Shown in pieces: positions 8,934 to 17,381 of a stretch of 57,683 bases of DNA. The number at the start of each line of letters is the position of its first letter. Positions within the stretch are counted from its first letter, which is position 1. The notes below the pieces were generated by a model. That model saw only the letters and a list, made by a program, of their open reading frames with translations, ran no database searches and had not been told where the DNA came from. The stretch is from the IMG/VR virus record IMGVR_UViG_3300044971_000875, positions 1 through 57,683 of that record. One strand, written 5' to 3'. A program made the position numbers and the translations under genes. This stretch comes from a virus (taxonomy: Duplodnaviria; Caudoviricetes).

Positions 8934-9609
8934 TTTTTTTGTCAAATTTATCTTTAAGTATTTTATTAAATATATTATTAAATGAACTATCTGCACTAGA
9001 TAAATAAGTATGATCATCTATATTTAAATTATAAGACTTAAGAACTAATGGTCCAGAGTTGTAAACCTTGACGTCCTCCATTTGTGTGCCACCGACATCA
9101 AACTTATTTCCGTAAATAGATCTCCATAAAAATTGATCTAAAAGTTCTAATACTAACTTTAGTTTTTCTTTTTCCATAATCATGGGAACGTGAAGTTCAT
9201 AGTCTAAAGGGTTTTCAAATCCCAAGGCTTTAAGTTTTTTATATGTGCCTGAAAGTTTTCTGGTGTATTGAGAGTTGCCATTTAATTTTTGATATAAATT
9301 TATTTTATTTAATAAATAACCCCCATGAAAATTTTCTATTTTGTCTATTTTTTTAATAATATAAAAGTCATCATTCATTAAAACAAATGATTTTGATATC
9401 TGATCTGAGGTAGAAATTATTTTTAAGTTTTCTACAGCATTTTTATATTTTGATTCTTTTTGTTCTACTTTTATGTAATTACCCACATACCAATCAGGCT
9501 TACCACCAACTACCCATATGTTTGAGTCTGGAAAACTTTCAACAACAGATCTAATAGAATATTTTAACTCTTCGTTAATGCCTTCTTTACATATATACAC
9601 AAAGTCCAT
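8917..9609 (-). CDS. Stealth-like sugar-phosphate transferase/glycosyltransferase (start revised from 9642)
   Basis: MDFVY, EELKYSIRS, FVLMNDDF, ELHVP motifs resembling Stealth conserved regions. Confidence 0.65.
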   Translation of the reverse strand: MDFVYICKEGINEELKYSIRSVVESFPDSNIWVVGGKPDWYVGNYIKVEQKESKYKNAVENLKIISTSDQISKSFVLMNDDFYIIKKIDKIENFHGGYLLNKINLYQKLNGNSQYTRKLSGTYKKLKALGFENPLDYELHVPMIMEKEKLKLVLELLDQFLWRSIYGNKFDVGGTQMEDVKVYNSGPLVLKSYNLNIDDHTYLSSADSSFNNIFNKILKDKFDKKTKFEK

Positions 9610-9624
9610 AATTCTCCTGATATA

Positions 9625-9665
9625 AAAAAATAAAGAGGGCAAGGTTTTAAGTTTGCCCCCTTTAT
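9625..9665 (-). terminator. Rho-independent terminator
   Basis: gggcaa...ttgccc stem with T-run on the minus strand. Confidence 0.65.
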
Positions 9666-9675
9666 TAGAAACAAA

Positions 9676-9957
9676 CTACTTTTTCTTAGCAGCCTTCTTT
9701 TTTGCTGGAGCCTTCTTAGCAGGTGCGATCTTGCTAAGTGCATCCGAAATAGCACCAGTATCTGGCAGTATGCCAAACGCCTTGTCATTTGGATTCAACG
9801 CTCTCAATGCAACGGGCGCTAAAGCAGCAATTAATGCAGCCCATAGATCTTTTGGATCTGTTACGCCAGCCATGTAAAGTGCAATTACAGCACCAAGAAC
9901 AGATCGTCCGTATGATGCAAGCATTGCCTTTGTATTATCGTTTAGTAAGTTATTCAT
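9676..9957 (-). CDS. Holin-like membrane protein
   Basis: Two TM segments, LNP.D..FG motif, Lys/Ala-rich basic tail. Confidence 0.65.
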   Translation of the reverse strand: MNNLLNDNTKAMLASYGRSVLGAVIALYMAGVTDPKDLWAALIAALAPVALRALNPNDKAFGILPDTGAISDALSKIAPAKKAPAKKKAAKKK

Positions 9958-9965
9958 TATTCCTC

Positions 9966-10124
9966 CTAGGATATAATTTGTGTTAGTGTTTTATAGCCAA
10001 TCCACAAACCAATAATTCCTGCGACTCCCGCAAAAACTGGTGGTGCTGGTACTGGCAATTTGAATGCTGCGAACACGACACCGCATCCAAAACCTGTAAT
10101 GACTGATAGCAAAATATCTCTCAT
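9966..10124 (-). CDS. XapX-domain (DUF1427) small membrane protein (52 aa, not in ORF track)
   Basis: MRDILLSVITGFGCGVVFAAFKLPVPAPPVFAGVAGIIGLWIGYK...; LP.PAPP..AG..G..G...GY signature. Confidence 0.8.
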   Translation of the reverse strand: MRDILLSVITGFGCGVVFAAFKLPVPAPPVFAGVAGIIGLWIGYKTLTQIIS

Positions 10125-10125
10125 G

Positions 10126-10488
10126 TTATTCTTTTTCTTGACCCATTTTTGGTAAAAGTTCTAAAAGTTTTTCAGAATAGTTGTCCAAACCTTTATTTTT
10201 AAGTTCTTCTGAAACCTCTTTAATTGTTTTTTGTGACTGCTCAATATACTCAAAAGCCCAATCCCTAGAATCAGAAAGGAATTTAATAAAGTTTTCTTTA
10301 TGAATTAGATCATCGGATGTACCTATACCGCTTTTTACCTGGAAGGCTAATTCTTCAAGCGCTTTGTTTTTTATAAAAAGTTCAGCCATTAAAAGATTAG
10401 ATTTTTTTAGTTTATCAAAAGTAGACCAATAGGCTATGCCAAAGGAAAAAGACAGGGTGGCAAAAAATATAACAAACATCATTTCCAT
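10126..10488 (-). CDS. Membrane-anchored hypothetical protein
   Basis: N-terminal TM; FIKFLSDSRDWAFEYIE; leaderless after TACAAT. Confidence 0.7.
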   Translation of the reverse strand: MEMMFVIFFATLSFSFGIAYWSTFDKLKKSNLLMAELFIKNKALEELAFQVKSGIGTSDDLIHKENFIKFLSDSRDWAFEYIEQSQKTIKEVSEELKNKGLDNYSEKLLELLPKMGQEKE

Positions 10489-10493
10489 AATAA

Positions 10494-10982
10494 CTATTGT
10501 ACTCTATCCCTAATGGCATGAGTTACCCAATAATATAAACACTTATCACAACAAGGCTTGTTATATTCACTTTTTGTATCAATATAAAACTCAGCATAGT
10601 ATGTAGGATCTTTACGATATAGATTAGTCCTATGAGTGATATTAACACGATTTACGTGAGATGCACTATTCCATAGAGGCTTAGCAGTACCCCAGATAGG
10701 GCCAGAAAGGGCTTCTAGAGCCTCTATATTGGCCTGGTTCTTGTCTGTCTTAATACCCCTCAAGGTAGCCTCTGTAATCATGGCCTTTACGTATGCTCTT
10801 AGTGAGTGCTCAGCACCTTTCCACATCAAGACTGCTGGGTGATTTCGCCATGCCCCTGAAGTAGATCTGCCAGATAAAACCTTGAGTATCTGATAGGTTT
10901 CAAGTATCTGTTTATTTAATCGTTTATTGTCTAGTATTTCCGCACACTGATTATAATCTTTGTAAGGTAGAAAGGTTTGCAT
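10494..10982 (-). CDS. Pyrimidine-dimer DNA glycosylase/endonuclease V-like (MSMEG_6728 family)
   Basis: MQTFLPY, LD.KRL.KQ..E, W.NHPA..MW.G, H..NL..KD. Confidence 0.85.
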   Translation of the reverse strand: MQTFLPYKDYNQCAEILDNKRLNKQILETYQILKVLSGRSTSGAWRNHPAVLMWKGAEHSLRAYVKAMITEATLRGIKTDKNQANIEALEALSGPIWGTAKPLWNSASHVNRVNITHRTNLYRKDPTYYAEFYIDTKSEYNKPCCDKCLYYWVTHAIRDRVQ

Positions 10983-11107
10983 TAGTCTTTTTCTACATCA
11001 AAAATATCTAATTCAGATATTTTTTTTAAATTAGATGCTGCCCAAAGTGTTACGGCAGTCAAGAAAGATAATGTTATCAGTATTAATATTTTTGTCTTTT
11101 TTTTCAT
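10982..11107 (-). CDS. Small membrane protein (41 aa, not in ORF track)
   Basis: MKKKTKILILITLSFLTAVTLWAASN...; stop overlaps next start. Confidence 0.55.
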   Translation of the reverse strand: MKKKTKILILITLSFLTAVTLWAASNLKKISELDIFDVEKD

Positions 11108-11223
11108 ATTGCTATCATTGCTCCACATCTTGTACAGGCGTTATAATTTTTTCCAGTAAATGGACATGCTCCAGCAGTAACTAGGATATGACCTTTAATT
11201 TTACAAAAAATAATTTTAAACAA
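11104..11223 (-). CDS. Cys/His-rich microprotein (39 aa, TTG start)
   Basis: FCKIKGH...CPFTG...CTRCG. Confidence 0.5.
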   Translation of the reverse strand: MFKIIFCKIKGHILVTAGACPFTGKNYNACTRCGAMIAI

Positions 11224-11231
11224 TTCTTTAA

Positions 11232-11462
11232 TTATTTAAGTGCCTCCCTGGTTATTAAAACAATTGCTCCACAATGCTCTAATGCTTTTTTAAGTTTTAC
11301 AACATATTGAAGTGCCGATATTTTATCATCATGTGCCATACGTAAAAACTTTTTTTCATCTAATTTTACAGTAAGAAAGTGATCATTGTCAATAATTTCT
11401 ACCCCAAATCCTTTTGGAGGAATAATTGAATGTACAGCCTTACGCATAGAGTCTGTATACAT
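11232..11462 (-). CDS. Hypothetical protein
   Basis: ORF in tightly packed operon. Confidence 0.7.
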   Translation of the reverse strand: MYTDSMRKAVHSIIPPKGFGVEIIDNDHFLTVKLDEKKFLRMAHDDKISALQYVVKLKKALEHCGAIVLITREALK

Positions 11463-11463
11463 T

Positions 11464-11745
11464 TTATTCCATAGTTAAAGACTGCCAAGTTTCATACCAG
11501 TCTTTTTTAGTTTTATGCTTATTAAATTCTCTTGAAACTTCTCCACCCTCTAAATAAACACCACCCCAGACTCCCCATTCTTTTCCAGAGACCCCGTTGG
11601 CAAAACATATTTTTTTTACTGGGCATTGTTTGCAAAGTGCATCAATATCTTTTCTAGATTCTTCATAATCTTCGTATTTATCAAAGAATGCATTGTTGTC
11701 CATTCCCAAGCATAAGGCTTGATCTTTCCATAAATGCTGTTTCAA
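11464..11745 (-). CDS. whiB: WhiB-family Fe-S transcription factor
   Basis: W...A.C, C..C.....C, GVWGG. Confidence 0.92.
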   Translation of the reverse strand: MKQHLWKDQALCLGMDNNAFFDKYEDYEESRKDIDALCKQCPVKKICFANGVSGKEWGVWGGVYLEGGEVSREFNKHKTKKDWYETWQSLTME

Positions 11746-11747
11746 AA

Positions 11748-11957
11748 TTAATCCTTGTACTTATTTGGTATGTCCCAGCCAATGCGAGTAGGCTTATAAA
11801 TTCTATGTAAATACCATTTATCTTTTATTCTAATACCCATTGGGGAAGTTTTTGCTACTTCTGATTCTTTTAAATCAACAATGTCCCAGCCATGCCAAAT
11901 TAAATTTTTATTTTTGTTTACAATTTTTTCCATTGTGTTTAAACTTTTAATTATCAT
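11748..11957 (-). CDS. Hypothetical protein (start revised from 11987)
   Basis: AGGAG SD; W.GWD motif. Confidence 0.7.
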   Translation of the reverse strand: MIIKSLNTMEKIVNKNKNLIWHGWDIVDLKESEVAKTSPMGIRIKDKWYLHRIYKPTRIGWDIPNKYKD

Positions 11958-11964
11958 TTTTCTC

Positions 11965-12315
11965 CTAATATCTAAAAAGACCAACATTAATATTATTTGC
12001 TTCTGCAGTTAAAACCAATTTTGATTTTGGTTCTTTTGGAAGACTTAAAAAAACAAAGTAGTTAATTTTATCTATGTTTTCACTTAACCATGCTGGAGCA
12101 ACGTTATAGAATTTAACTTTTTTGCCTCTTGCTTTCATCCCACGCTCTGATAAATTGCAAAACTCTGAAACAAAATTATTAATTTTTAATGGACCAGCAG
12201 AATAAACAACAAACTCTTTGTCTTCTTTTCCCATATCGGAAAGAGCAACGCTCATAGCACGTAAAAATACACCATAGTCATTAAACTCTTTTGTTCCCTG
12301 CACTGCCACTATCAT
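11965..12315 (-). CDS. Hypothetical protein, possibly SLOG/YspA-like
   Basis: MIVAVQGTKEFNDY N-terminus resembles SLOG I.V.GSR.F.DY. Confidence 0.5.
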   Translation of the reverse strand: MIVAVQGTKEFNDYGVFLRAMSVALSDMGKEDKEFVVYSAGPLKINNFVSEFCNLSERGMKARGKKVKFYNVAPAWLSENIDKINYFVFLSLPKEPKSKLVLTAEANNINVGLFRY

Positions 12316-12709
12316 TTGGTCCTACCCCTTGTTTTAAGTCATCAAGTATTGATAACATCTTTTCTAATTCTTTTGCTGGCATGCCTTCGGCATTTAATGG
12401 TTTTATTGTTTCTTCATCTACTCTGCCATTTATAGCATTTGCAGTATAAAAAACATTATCTAATATCCAATATGCCTTTCCTTCAGTTATGACTACCTTA
12501 AGCATATTCTTTTGAATATGTTTTTCAGACTGCGTTATAACTTTAGGTTTATCAAACTTTTGTTTTGGAATAACATCTTTAACCATTTCATAAATAGAAC
12601 TTTGTCTATATTTATGTTTGCCTAAAAATATCATTCTTTTTTTGTTTGATATTTTAATTATAGACCAAGAAGACAGCAATGTCAAGCCTATAATTAATAA
12701 ATATTCCAT
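12281..12709 (-). CDS. Membrane-anchored hypothetical protein
   Basis: N-terminal TM; AYW..DNVFY.A. Confidence 0.7.
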   Translation of the reverse strand: MEYLLIIGLTLLSSWSIIKISNKKRMIFLGKHKYRQSSIYEMVKDVIPKQKFDKPKVITQSEKHIQKNMLKVVITEGKAYWILDNVFYTANAINGRVDEETIKPLNAEGMPAKELEKMLSILDDLKQGVGPNDSGSAGNKRV

Positions 12710-12710
12710 C

Positions 12711-12872
12711 TTATTTAATTTTTTTCTCTGGCGTTTTGCTTAAATTTAAAACCATAGAATTAAGTTTATTAACTTCAAGTTGTAACTTTAATGACTCTAA
12801 CTCTATATCAGATAGTTTTTGTTTATAAAATGATATTAACTGAATTAATTCATTTTTTTCTAAATTATCCAT
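12711..12872 (-). CDS. Coiled-coil microprotein (53 aa, not in ORF track)
   Basis: MDNLEKNELIQLISFYKQKLSDIELESLKLQLEVNKL...; GGGG SD. Confidence 0.6.
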   Translation of the reverse strand: MDNLEKNELIQLISFYKQKLSDIELESLKLQLEVNKLNSMVLNLSKTPEKKIK

Positions 12873-12882
12873 AGATCGCCCC

Positions 12883-13251
12883 CTATTTTTTTAGATCAAA
12901 TGCAGTTCCCTGCCAAATTTTTTCTACTTTTTTCTTTTCTCTTTCTACAATTGCACGACTCCAGGCAAATCCTGCGTCACCGCCCCACGCATCCCACATA
13001 ATTCTTCCATTGGAAGGAAAGTCTGGGCCATCAAAAAATCCTTTACCTTTTTTATCTACTTCGTGGCGAGAAAAAAAAGAAAACATTCTTTTAACAGTAC
13101 TAAGAGACATAACAGATCCATTTACGATATCTGTTGCACGACCCCAACCTACAGGAGTTCCTGCGCCAGTTGCTTTACCGTCTGCTTTCCATTTTAATGC
13201 ACGACGGGCAGCAGCCTTCATACCAGCGTTAGGTGTATATGTATCAGCCAT
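12883..13251 (-). CDS. Conserved phage hypothetical protein
   Basis: GT.VG..RA, RM.SFFSRH, I.W..WGGDAG..W motifs common in phage head-region proteins. Confidence 0.7.
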   Translation of the reverse strand: MADTYTPNAGMKAAARRALKWKADGKATGAGTPVGWGRATDIVNGSVMSLSTVKRMFSFFSRHEVDKKGKGFFDGPDFPSNGRIMWDAWGGDAGFAWSRAIVEREKKKVEKIWQGTAFDLKK

Positions 13252-13254
13252 TGT

Positions 13255-13401
13255 TTATTTTTTCCCTTGATTCTTTATGTATGGACCTAGTTCTGCTTTA
13301 ATTGTGCCATCTTTTCTTAAACGAACAATTTTTCCATCTTTAATTTGAATAGAATTAAATGGACTATTCTTAAAATAAGAACCTGAAGATCTGTTAGCCA
13401 T
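13255..13401 (-). CDS. Hypothetical microprotein (48 aa, not in ORF track)
   Basis: MANRSSGSYF...IKDGKIVRLRKDGTIKA; TAATG coupling. Confidence 0.6.
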   Translation of the reverse strand: MANRSSGSYFKNSPFNSIQIKDGKIVRLRKDGTIKAELGPYIKNQGKK

Positions 13402-14198
13402 TATTTTTTAAACCTTAAAGGGTTAAATGATCCATCCCAAATACTTTTTGTTGTAGGTTGTGACTCTGACTTGTATGTACCACCACGACGCTTATATTCT
13501 TGAACTACCCAAGAATTAGCAACTGCAGATGGATAAACATCAAATTTATCTTTTGCTGCTTGCACTACTGTTGCGTATAACTTTGGATTTGATGGTGTTG
13601 ATCCACCCCTACGAGGTTGAATAAAATCTCCGTAGTTTGGTTCTTTTGCTTTTTCCATTTCATCATCCATATCTTCTGATTTACCAATTTGAGTATCATA
13701 CATTTCCATCATAGTTTTAGAATCTGCTGTTGATGGAATTCCAGATCCGTTAGAGCCCATTTCAACTACAAGATCTACTGATACAGATAGTGATTCAATT
13801 TTAATAACTTTAGACATGCGATGATAAGAAACATAAGATTTTTCTTCCCATGCGCCATCTTTTTCTTCATATTCACGAACAATAACTGGCTTATCATTTT
13901 CCATGTATTCCATAGAGTATTCTGATCCTGGTAACCCAAGTAATCCTGGATTAGTCATTACGTATTCAACACGACCAATCATAATTTCATCATCTTCGCC
14001 TACATATGTTACAAAGTCGCCTTCTTTAATTTCATTCATACTTTTCCCTATATTCCCTTCGGAACGATTAATTGCATAAATTTGTGCTGCTGCTTCACTA
14101 CGAGTTTTGTGACAACCCATAACTTCATTTGTCCCCTCTTTTAAAGCGGGATAGCCTGAACAACCAAATGAACCCTTAGCACCTATACGATATGGCAT
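13401..14198 (-). CDS. Multi-domain hypothetical protein with DUF5872-like C-terminus
   Basis: GCH.TR.EA..Q N-domain; N.KLY...AK.KF.VYPSA.A..W.V.EYK..GG.Y. Confidence 0.65.
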   Translation of the reverse strand: MPYRIGAKGSFGCSGYPALKEGTNEVMGCHKTRSEAAAQIYAINRSEGNIGKSMNEIKEGDFVTYVGEDDEIMIGRVEYVMTNPGLLGLPGSEYSMEYMENDKPVIVREYEEKDGAWEEKSYVSYHRMSKVIKIESLSVSVDLVVEMGSNGSGIPSTADSKTMMEMYDTQIGKSEDMDDEMEKAKEPNYGDFIQPRRGGSTPSNPKLYATVVQAAKDKFDVYPSAVANSWVVQEYKRRGGTYKSESQPTTKSIWDGSFNPLRFKK

Positions 14199-14216
14199 CT
14201 TAGTATTATATCAGAG

Positions 14217-14594
14217 TTATTCTTTACGAGTTAGGCGTTTAAGTTCTTCTATAGCCCAAACATCTTGCTTGCGTAGTTTTGACATTTCTACGGGATCAAA
14301 AGATTTATTTGTGACTGTTACTATTGGCTCTTTTGCCAAGAAGTCTATGTCTACATAGCCTTTTTCCCATAATGAAAGTATTTCAGCATTAACTCTATTG
14401 AGATGGTCGTTATAAAGTTCTGGCATTACCTGTTGAATTTTGGAAGTAAATGAATATAACAACGAACCATCTTCAGAGTCAATACCCGCAACCTCAAGTG
14501 CTCCTTCAAGAATTAATTTTTCAATCATTTCGTTTTCATCTGAAATCATACTTTTCCTATCTGGATTAAATATTCTCTTGAATATTTTTTTCAT
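14217..14594 (-). CDS. Hypothetical protein
   Basis: LIL.GALEVAGID...G..LY; start uncertain (14594 or 14549). Confidence 0.65.
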   Translation of the reverse strand: MKKIFKRIFNPDRKSMISDENEMIEKLILEGALEVAGIDSEDGSLLYSFTSKIQQVMPELYNDHLNRVNAEILSLWEKGYVDIDFLAKEPIVTVTNKSFDPVEMSKLRKQDVWAIEELKRLTRKE

Positions 14595-14838
14595 AGTTAA
14601 TAAACTCATTTAACTTTTCCCTTGTTTGTGCCCCAGTTACACGATCAAGTTCTTTGCCGTCTTCTAATAAAATAAATGTAGGAATTGATTTAACTTGAAA
14701 TTGTTTAGCCAAAAGTTGTTCATAATCAACATCTATAATTTGAAACTGAAATCCTTCTTTTTTTAATTCCTCAACGACTGGTCTTGTTTTTTTACAAGGG
14801 TTGCACCAGTCTGCTGTAAAGTAAAAAACGTTTTTCAT
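14566..14838 (-). CDS. trxA: Thioredoxin
   Basis: WCNPC active site, SIPT. Confidence 0.92.
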   Translation of the reverse strand: MKNVFYFTADWCNPCKKTRPVVEELKKEGFQFQIIDVDYEQLLAKQFQVKSIPTFILLEDGKELDRVTGAQTREKLNEFINYEKNIQENI

Positions 14839-15242
14839 TTGCCAGACTTTGATCTAGCCTTTTTAAGAACTTCAAAATCTTTAATCTTAGTTTCACCAAG
14901 ATATCCCCAAGCATATCCATCGTTAATCATCTTATTATTAATTGATTCAGACTCTCCGTTAATATATATCCAGCCGAGAATGCGTCCATATTTTTCAGAT
15001 GAGTTCATTTTTTCTGTACGAATAACCACAGACTTTGCATCTTTAAGTTGTTTTTTTAAATATTCTTTAGATTCAAGACCAAGAGTCTTTTCAATCTTAT
15101 CTGTTGTACGTGATTCTGGTGTATCAATACCTGCTAAGCGAACACGGGATGAAAATAAAATATCAAACCCTAAATCAATAATTACATCAATGGTATCTCC
15201 ATCAACAACATTTTTTACTTCTTTTACAAAATACTCATACAT
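14835..15242 (-). CDS. Thermonuclease (SNase-like)
   Basis: VVDGDTID, RVRLAGIDTPE, KYGRILG. Confidence 0.9.
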   Translation of the reverse strand: MYEYFVKEVKNVVDGDTIDVIIDLGFDILFSSRVRLAGIDTPESRTTDKIEKTLGLESKEYLKKQLKDAKSVVIRTEKMNSSEKYGRILGWIYINGESESINNKMINDGYAWGYLGETKIKDFEVLKKARSKSGK

Positions 15243-15248
15243 TATTTG

Positions 15249-15500
15249 TTAACCCCCTATTTGTTCTTTAATTAACTTTTCACGCTCATCAATAACTGTG
15301 AGCATAAAAGACATCATTTTTGCATACCCATCTTTAGTATCCATAATTTTATTATAATGATGACCACAAAACATTAGGTCTCCAGTTAATCCAGTTACTT
15401 TGACAAGGGCTTCTGCTGCACATGAATCACAGCGATCTTTTGCACTTAAAAGCCATTCTTTGGGTTTTACACTTGGATGATCTTTAATTGCACTATTCAT
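15249..15500 (-). CDS. Zinc-binding hypothetical protein of actinobacterial type
   Basis: DRCD.C.A.A...L.FCGHH; leaderless after TATAAT. Confidence 0.7.
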   Translation of the reverse strand: MNSAIKDHPSVKPKEWLLSAKDRCDSCAAEALVKVTGLTGDLMFCGHHYNKIMDTKDGYAKMMSFMLTVIDEREKLIKEQIGG

Positions 15501-15515
15501 AGTATTATTATACAT

Positions 15516-15689
15516 CTACTTTCTGTTGTCGGTTGAATAAAATCCACTACCGTTGAAAATTGCAGTAGTGGCACTCCAAAGCCTTTGCATAGATTGATTA
15601 CAGCATACTGGAAATATTTCTTCATCAAACTTTTTTTCAAATTCAATCTGTGAAGAACAAATAGAGCATTTGTAGTCATATCTTGGCAT
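15516..15689 (-). CDS. FmdB-family zinc-ribbon protein (start revised from 15749)
   Basis: MP.YDYKC..C...F.GSGFYSTD; AGGAG SD. Confidence 0.85.
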   Translation of the reverse strand: MPRYDYKCSICSSQIEFEKKFDEEIFPVCCNQSMQRLWSATTAIFNGSGFYSTDNRK

Positions 15690-15726
15690 AAACTCTCCTA
15701 TAGTTATATCTAAGTATATCAAAAAA

Positions 15727-15755
15727 TAGGCAGTTTTACAACATGCCAAGGTTGT
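15727..15755 (-). other. H-type pseudoknot element at 3' end of hsp20
   Basis: ACAAC-CTTGGCAT-GTTGT-AAAAC-TGCC; same architecture as 1055-1086. Confidence 0.6.
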
Positions 15756-15760
15756 TATTT

Positions 15761-16177
15761 TTATTTTATTTTAATTACTTTAGGTTTTTTATCTTCAGGA
15801 ATTACACGAACAACATTAATTGTTAGCAGTCCATCTTTTAGTTCAGCACTAGATACTTCCATGTATTCACCTAAAGCAAAAGATCGTACAAACTTACGAC
15901 CAGCAATTCCTTTGTGAACAACTTCAGCATCTGTAACCTCTACAATTTCACCTTTAATTACCAAGGTTCCATTATCTACTGATACATCAATATCTTCTTT
16001 TGTAAATCCCGCAATAGCAAGAGATAGCCTATATGTATCTTCATCTAATTTAAGAAGATCGTATGGAGGATATGATTGTGAATTTACTTTATGTGCTGTA
16101 TTTAAACGGCCTAACTCTCTGTTAAAGCCAATAAAAAAAGGATCATTGAATAGATCCATTGCAAACTGTGTTACCAT
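15761..16177 (-). CDS. hsp20: Small heat-shock protein Hsp20 (IbpA-like)
   Basis: YPPYD, LAIAGF, HKGIA.R.F.R.F.L, A.L.DGLL. Confidence 0.95.
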   Translation of the reverse strand: MVTQFAMDLFNDPFFIGFNRELGRLNTAHKVNSQSYPPYDLLKLDEDTYRLSLAIAGFTKEDIDVSVDNGTLVIKGEIVEVTDAEVVHKGIAGRKFVRSFALGEYMEVSSAELKDGLLTINVVRVIPEDKKPKVIKIK

Positions 16178-16240
16178 TTTATTCCCCTTTCAAGCGAATA
16201 AGTTAATTTGCTCCCCATTTGGGCAAGCATAACAATTATA
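16178..16240 (-). promoter_or_regulatory. hsp20 promoter and ROSE-like thermometer 5'UTR
   Basis: TGATATAAT at 16235-16243; UTR hairpin UUAUUCGCUUGAAAGGGGAAUAA pairs UCGCU with the SD. Confidence 0.6.
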
Positions 16241-16259
16241 TCATGAAGATAAAATGAAG

Positions 16260-16333
16260 TAGAGTGGGTAGGACTTGAACCTACGATAACCGAATTATGA
16301 GTTCGGGGCCTTAACCAACTTGGCTACCACTCC
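16260..16333 (-). tRNA. tRNA-CAT (Ile2 or elongator Met)
   Basis: GGAGTGG...CCGAA-CTCATAA-TTCGG...GGTTCAAGTCC...CCACTCTA; lacks initiator features. Confidence 0.88.
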
Positions 16334-16340
16334 CTGATTG

Positions 16341-16413
16341 TGTCCCCAACGGGATTTGAACCCGTGTTAACGCCGTGAAAGGGCGACGTCCTAGGCCACT
16401 AGACGATGGGGAC
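16341..16413 (-). tRNA. tRNA-Glu(TTC)
   Basis: GTCCCCATCGTCTAGTGGCCTAGGAC...CTTTCAC...GGTTCAAATCC. Confidence 0.93.
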
Positions 16414-16418
16414 CTTTG

Positions 16419-16489
16419 AGCGGATAGCGGGAATCGGACCCGCACATTAACCTTGGCAAGGTTACGCACTACCACTATGCAATATCCGC
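16419..16489 (-). tRNA. tRNA-Gly(GCC)
   Basis: GCGGATA...TAACC-TTGCCAA-GGTTA...; T-loop reads TCCGATT. Confidence 0.88.
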
Positions 16490-16508
16490 AACTATATTTT
16501 AGTATTAT

Positions 16509-17141
16509 TTAATTTTTTATCCAACCACGAAGCAATTGAAAGAACTTACTTAAATTTTCTTTAAGAATAGTGCTTTCTTGAATAGATTCTTCAAACTGTT
16601 CTTTGGTTTTTGGTTCATCAAAAGATTTTGTTTCAATTAACTCACCCTGAGTTGCAGAAATAGTTGCACCTGTCGTTGAAGTTACAACAGGAGTAAATTC
16701 CATTTGACCGTCAATAAAATTGTTAGGACCAAAAGTAACTGCATCTGAATGAATCGTTGCAGTTATAGTAGTAGTTTCTACAATCTCACTTCTTGTAACT
16801 GGTTGTGGAAAACTTGTTGACCCTGAACTAAAAGTATTGCTTTGTTCATTATATGTAACTGCTTTTTCAGGATCTGGATTGTAGTAACCACCTTGTGAGG
16901 TATGGGTTGTTGGGTTGGCTGGAACCTGCAGCACTACTCTTACTCCAGCAAATGTTCCTGAGCCACACACTGACGGTTGGCAAACAATAATATTTGTAAC
17001 ACGACCATCATTATCTAGCATTGCCCATGTTCCACAAGGATTTTCTGCAGTACACTCACTAGCATTTGCTTGTGATGGAATAAATACAGACATAGTACTT
17101 GCAATTAATGCAAAAACTAAAATTAATAATTTGTTTCTCAT
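16509..17141 (-). CDS. Secreted hypothetical protein
   Basis: Signal peptide ending SQANA; two Cys pairs; Thr-rich. Confidence 0.7.
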   Translation of the reverse strand: MRNKLLILVFALIASTMSVFIPSQANASECTAENPCGTWAMLDNDGRVTNIIVCQPSVCGSGTFAGVRVVLQVPANPTTHTSQGGYYNPDPEKAVTYNEQSNTFSSGSTSFPQPVTRSEIVETTTITATIHSDAVTFGPNNFIDGQMEFTPVVTSTTGATISATQGELIETKSFDEPKTKEQFEESIQESTILKENLSKFFQLLRGWIKN

Positions 17142-17153
17142 TTTTCCCCTTTA

Positions 17154-17375
17154 TTAGTTATTTTTTATTTTAACTACTACTTGACATGGGTCGCCTCCTG
17201 CTTCCCACTCTTCTTGTTCTTCTTCTTCCATGAAAGGATCCCCTTCATGTGTATTGCAGAAAGGCTCTGTTATCCAGCCCCTCTCAATTCCATTTTCTAG
17301 CCAAATTTCAAATTCTTTATCGTTTGAATCTAAATCTTGTATTTTTTTTAAAACTTCTTCAAAATTTTCATCCAT
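17154..17375 (-). CDS. Acidic hypothetical protein
   Basis: WL..GI.RGW...FC.TH.G...GGDPC. Confidence 0.75.
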   Translation of the reverse strand: MDENFEEVLKKIQDLDSNDKEFEIWLENGIERGWITEPFCNTHEGDPFMEEEEQEEWEAGGDPCQVVVKIKNN

Positions 17376-17381
17376 ATATTA

